Positions 62,477 through 64,000 of a DNA stretch of 64,000 nucleotides are shown piece by piece; within the stretch, counting starts at the first letter, position 1, and each line of letters opens with the position of its first letter. Made by a program: the position numbers and the translations under genes. The notes under the pieces are model-generated. The model saw nothing but the letters and a program-made list of their open reading frames with translations. It had not been told where the DNA came from and ran no database searches. Source of the DNA: a bacterium (lineage in GTDB: Bacteria > SAR324 > NAC60-12); assembly GCA_965205865.1 (NCBI GenBank), contig CBDBHR010000017.1, positions 32,776-96,775 of the forward strand, read 5' to 3'.

Positions 62477-63082
62477 ATGTCACGAAAATCAATTCCCCGC
62501 CACCGCGCATGTCGCCGTCTTGGAGTTTCCGTTTGCGGCGCGGTCAATTGCCCCTTGGGACGTCGTCCTTCTCCGCCAGGCCAACACGGGGCTACGAGGC
62601 GGCAAAAGGACTCTCAATTTGGTTTGCAGTTGAAAGAAACACAGAAGCTGAAAGCCTACTACGGAGTTTCTGCAAAGCAGTTGCGCCGCTATTTTAAAGA
62701 AGCCTCCTCGTCACAAGAGCAAACCAACATTGCGCTGGTTCAAAGTCTGGAAAGCCGTTTTGACAATATGACCTATCGCATGGGATTTGCCTGCAGTTTG
62801 CGGGCTGCTCGGCAAATCGTGGTACACCGTCATCTCCTTATCAATGGTAAGAATGTCAACAAACCAAGCTATCAACTCCGACCGGGAGACACCATTCGAT
62901 TGAGACCCAAAAGTCAAAAAATTGAAAGATATCTGGAATGGTTTAAATTTTATGATCACAAGCTCCCTTACATTGAAAAAGATGCCGAAACACTGACAGC
63001 CACTTTAGTACAGGTTCCGGAACGTACAGAAATTCCTATTCTTGTAGACGACCAGCTTATTGTTGAATTCATGGCCCGTTGA
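62477..63082 (+). CDS. rpsD: 30S ribosomal protein S4
   Basis: PPGQHG, QKLKAYYGV, LESRFDN and ARQIVVHRH..NGKNVNKPSY motifs. Confidence 0.97.
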   Translation: MSRKSIPRHRACRRLGVSVCGAVNCPLGRRPSPPGQHGATRRQKDSQFGLQLKETQKLKAYYGVSAKQLRRYFKEASSSQEQTNIALVQSLESRFDNMTYRMGFACSLRAARQIVVHRHLLINGKNVNKPSYQLRPGDTIRLRPKSQKIERYLEWFKFYDHKLPYIEKDAETLTATLVQVPERTEIPILVDDQLIVEFMAR

Positions 63083-63105
63083 GTGGATTTGCTATTGGGA
63101 AGGGG

Positions 63106-63834
63106 TCAGCCCAGAGGGTTTGATTTCTGCTTGTTGTCCAGGAGAGGATCAAGGTGTTTTTTTTCCGTTTGAACTACCCGAATATTTTGGGCAATATCGA
63201 AAGGGATGCTGGCGACGCTTTCTTTTGATTCGAGGATGAGGGTATGGGTCGCGTTCAGCCGTTCCGCAATTCGATGTTCGGTCCCGGGGATCACCGATTT
63301 CTCATGCAAATATTTAAGCAACTCTTCCGACTCTTCAAGCGATTCATGGATCATCAAAATTTTGACCCACGTTCCTGCTTCTCCTTGGTCCAAAGAAAAG
63401 CTATCCTTAAAAAAATTCTCATCGTAGCCACCCAGAGGAACTCCATGAGGGCAGAATTCCGGGTGTTTTAGAAAATCGGCCAATTTCTCCACCACCAGAG
63501 GAGTCATGGCATGTTCCAGTTTATGGGCGTGTTTGTGAACCTCATACCAGGGAATGCCGAGGGAATTGCAAAGAAAATTTTCTGCCAGATTGTGGCGGAT
63601 TACGAGATCTTTTGCCTGTTCTTCTCCTTCTTCGGTGAGGGAAATATTTTTCTTTTTATCCACCAGGATCAAATTGTCACGCCGCATACGGAACAAAGTC
63701 GCATGAACCGTAGAGGGAGTGGCCTGCATGCGGGCTGCAAGCATGACGGCTTTGACCGGAGTGTCTCCTGACTGCTGGAGGTAAATTTCCTGCAGATATT
63801 CTTCCACGACGATCGATTGCCTGTCTTCTGACAT
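63106..63834 (-). CDS. DtxR/MntR-family metal-dependent regulator with a FeoA-like tail
   Basis: EEYLQEIY, LTEEG, RHNLAENFL, HAHKLEH and CPHGVP motifs. Confidence 0.92.
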   Translation of the reverse strand: MSEDRQSIVVEEYLQEIYLQQSGDTPVKAVMLAARMQATPSTVHATLFRMRRDNLILVDKKKNISLTEEGEEQAKDLVIRHNLAENFLCNSLGIPWYEVHKHAHKLEHAMTPLVVEKLADFLKHPEFCPHGVPLGGYDENFFKDSFSLDQGEAGTWVKILMIHESLEESEELLKYLHEKSVIPGTEHRIAERLNATHTLILESKESVASIPFDIAQNIRVVQTEKKHLDPLLDNKQKSNPLG

Positions 63835-64000
63835 AGTCTTCCCGAGTTGATTTTAGGCAGAATGAGTCAATCTTGAATCTCACCATGAACGTATGGATCT
63901 GTTAAACGAGACCCTCATTCTTGCACGATAAGAAATTAGTGTAACAAATCACGCAAAAATATGCCATCATTAGATTTCTTGCCCGGTTTTTGATTTTTCG

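Overview
Bacterial chromosomal window; gene content looks deltaproteobacterial, possibly SAR324-like (low-confidence inference). (1) 1-13.5 kb: one giant minus-strand ORF of at least 4,513 codons that the ORF track misses because it has no stop in the window. It encodes a signal peptide, a few TPRs and about 47 tandem 90-aa (270-bp) TPR/BamD-like units, nested into 810-bp and 3,780-bp higher-order repeats. (2) 13.5-22.5 kb: housekeeping genes (yggU, trpF, gloB, anmK, a phosphodiesterase, era, lon). (3) 22.6-35.4 kb: a decaying accessory zone with IS1, two IS5, IS630, ISNCY and IS1380 elements, two small non-autonomous insertions with target duplications, an intact ParD/ParE-like toxin-antitoxin pair and many catabolic gene remnants. 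(4) 35.4-55 kb: mostly core genes (bioB, PPTase, tRNA-Pro, pepN, zapA plus 6S RNA, hemN, metG, yhbY), IS1380 copies and a frameshifted biotin carboxylase. (5) 55-62 kb: a molybdenum/tungsten cofactor operon headed by a Moco-family riboswitch that appears to lack P3, with an antisense, C-terminally masked moaD inside it; then rpsD and an MntR-family regulator.
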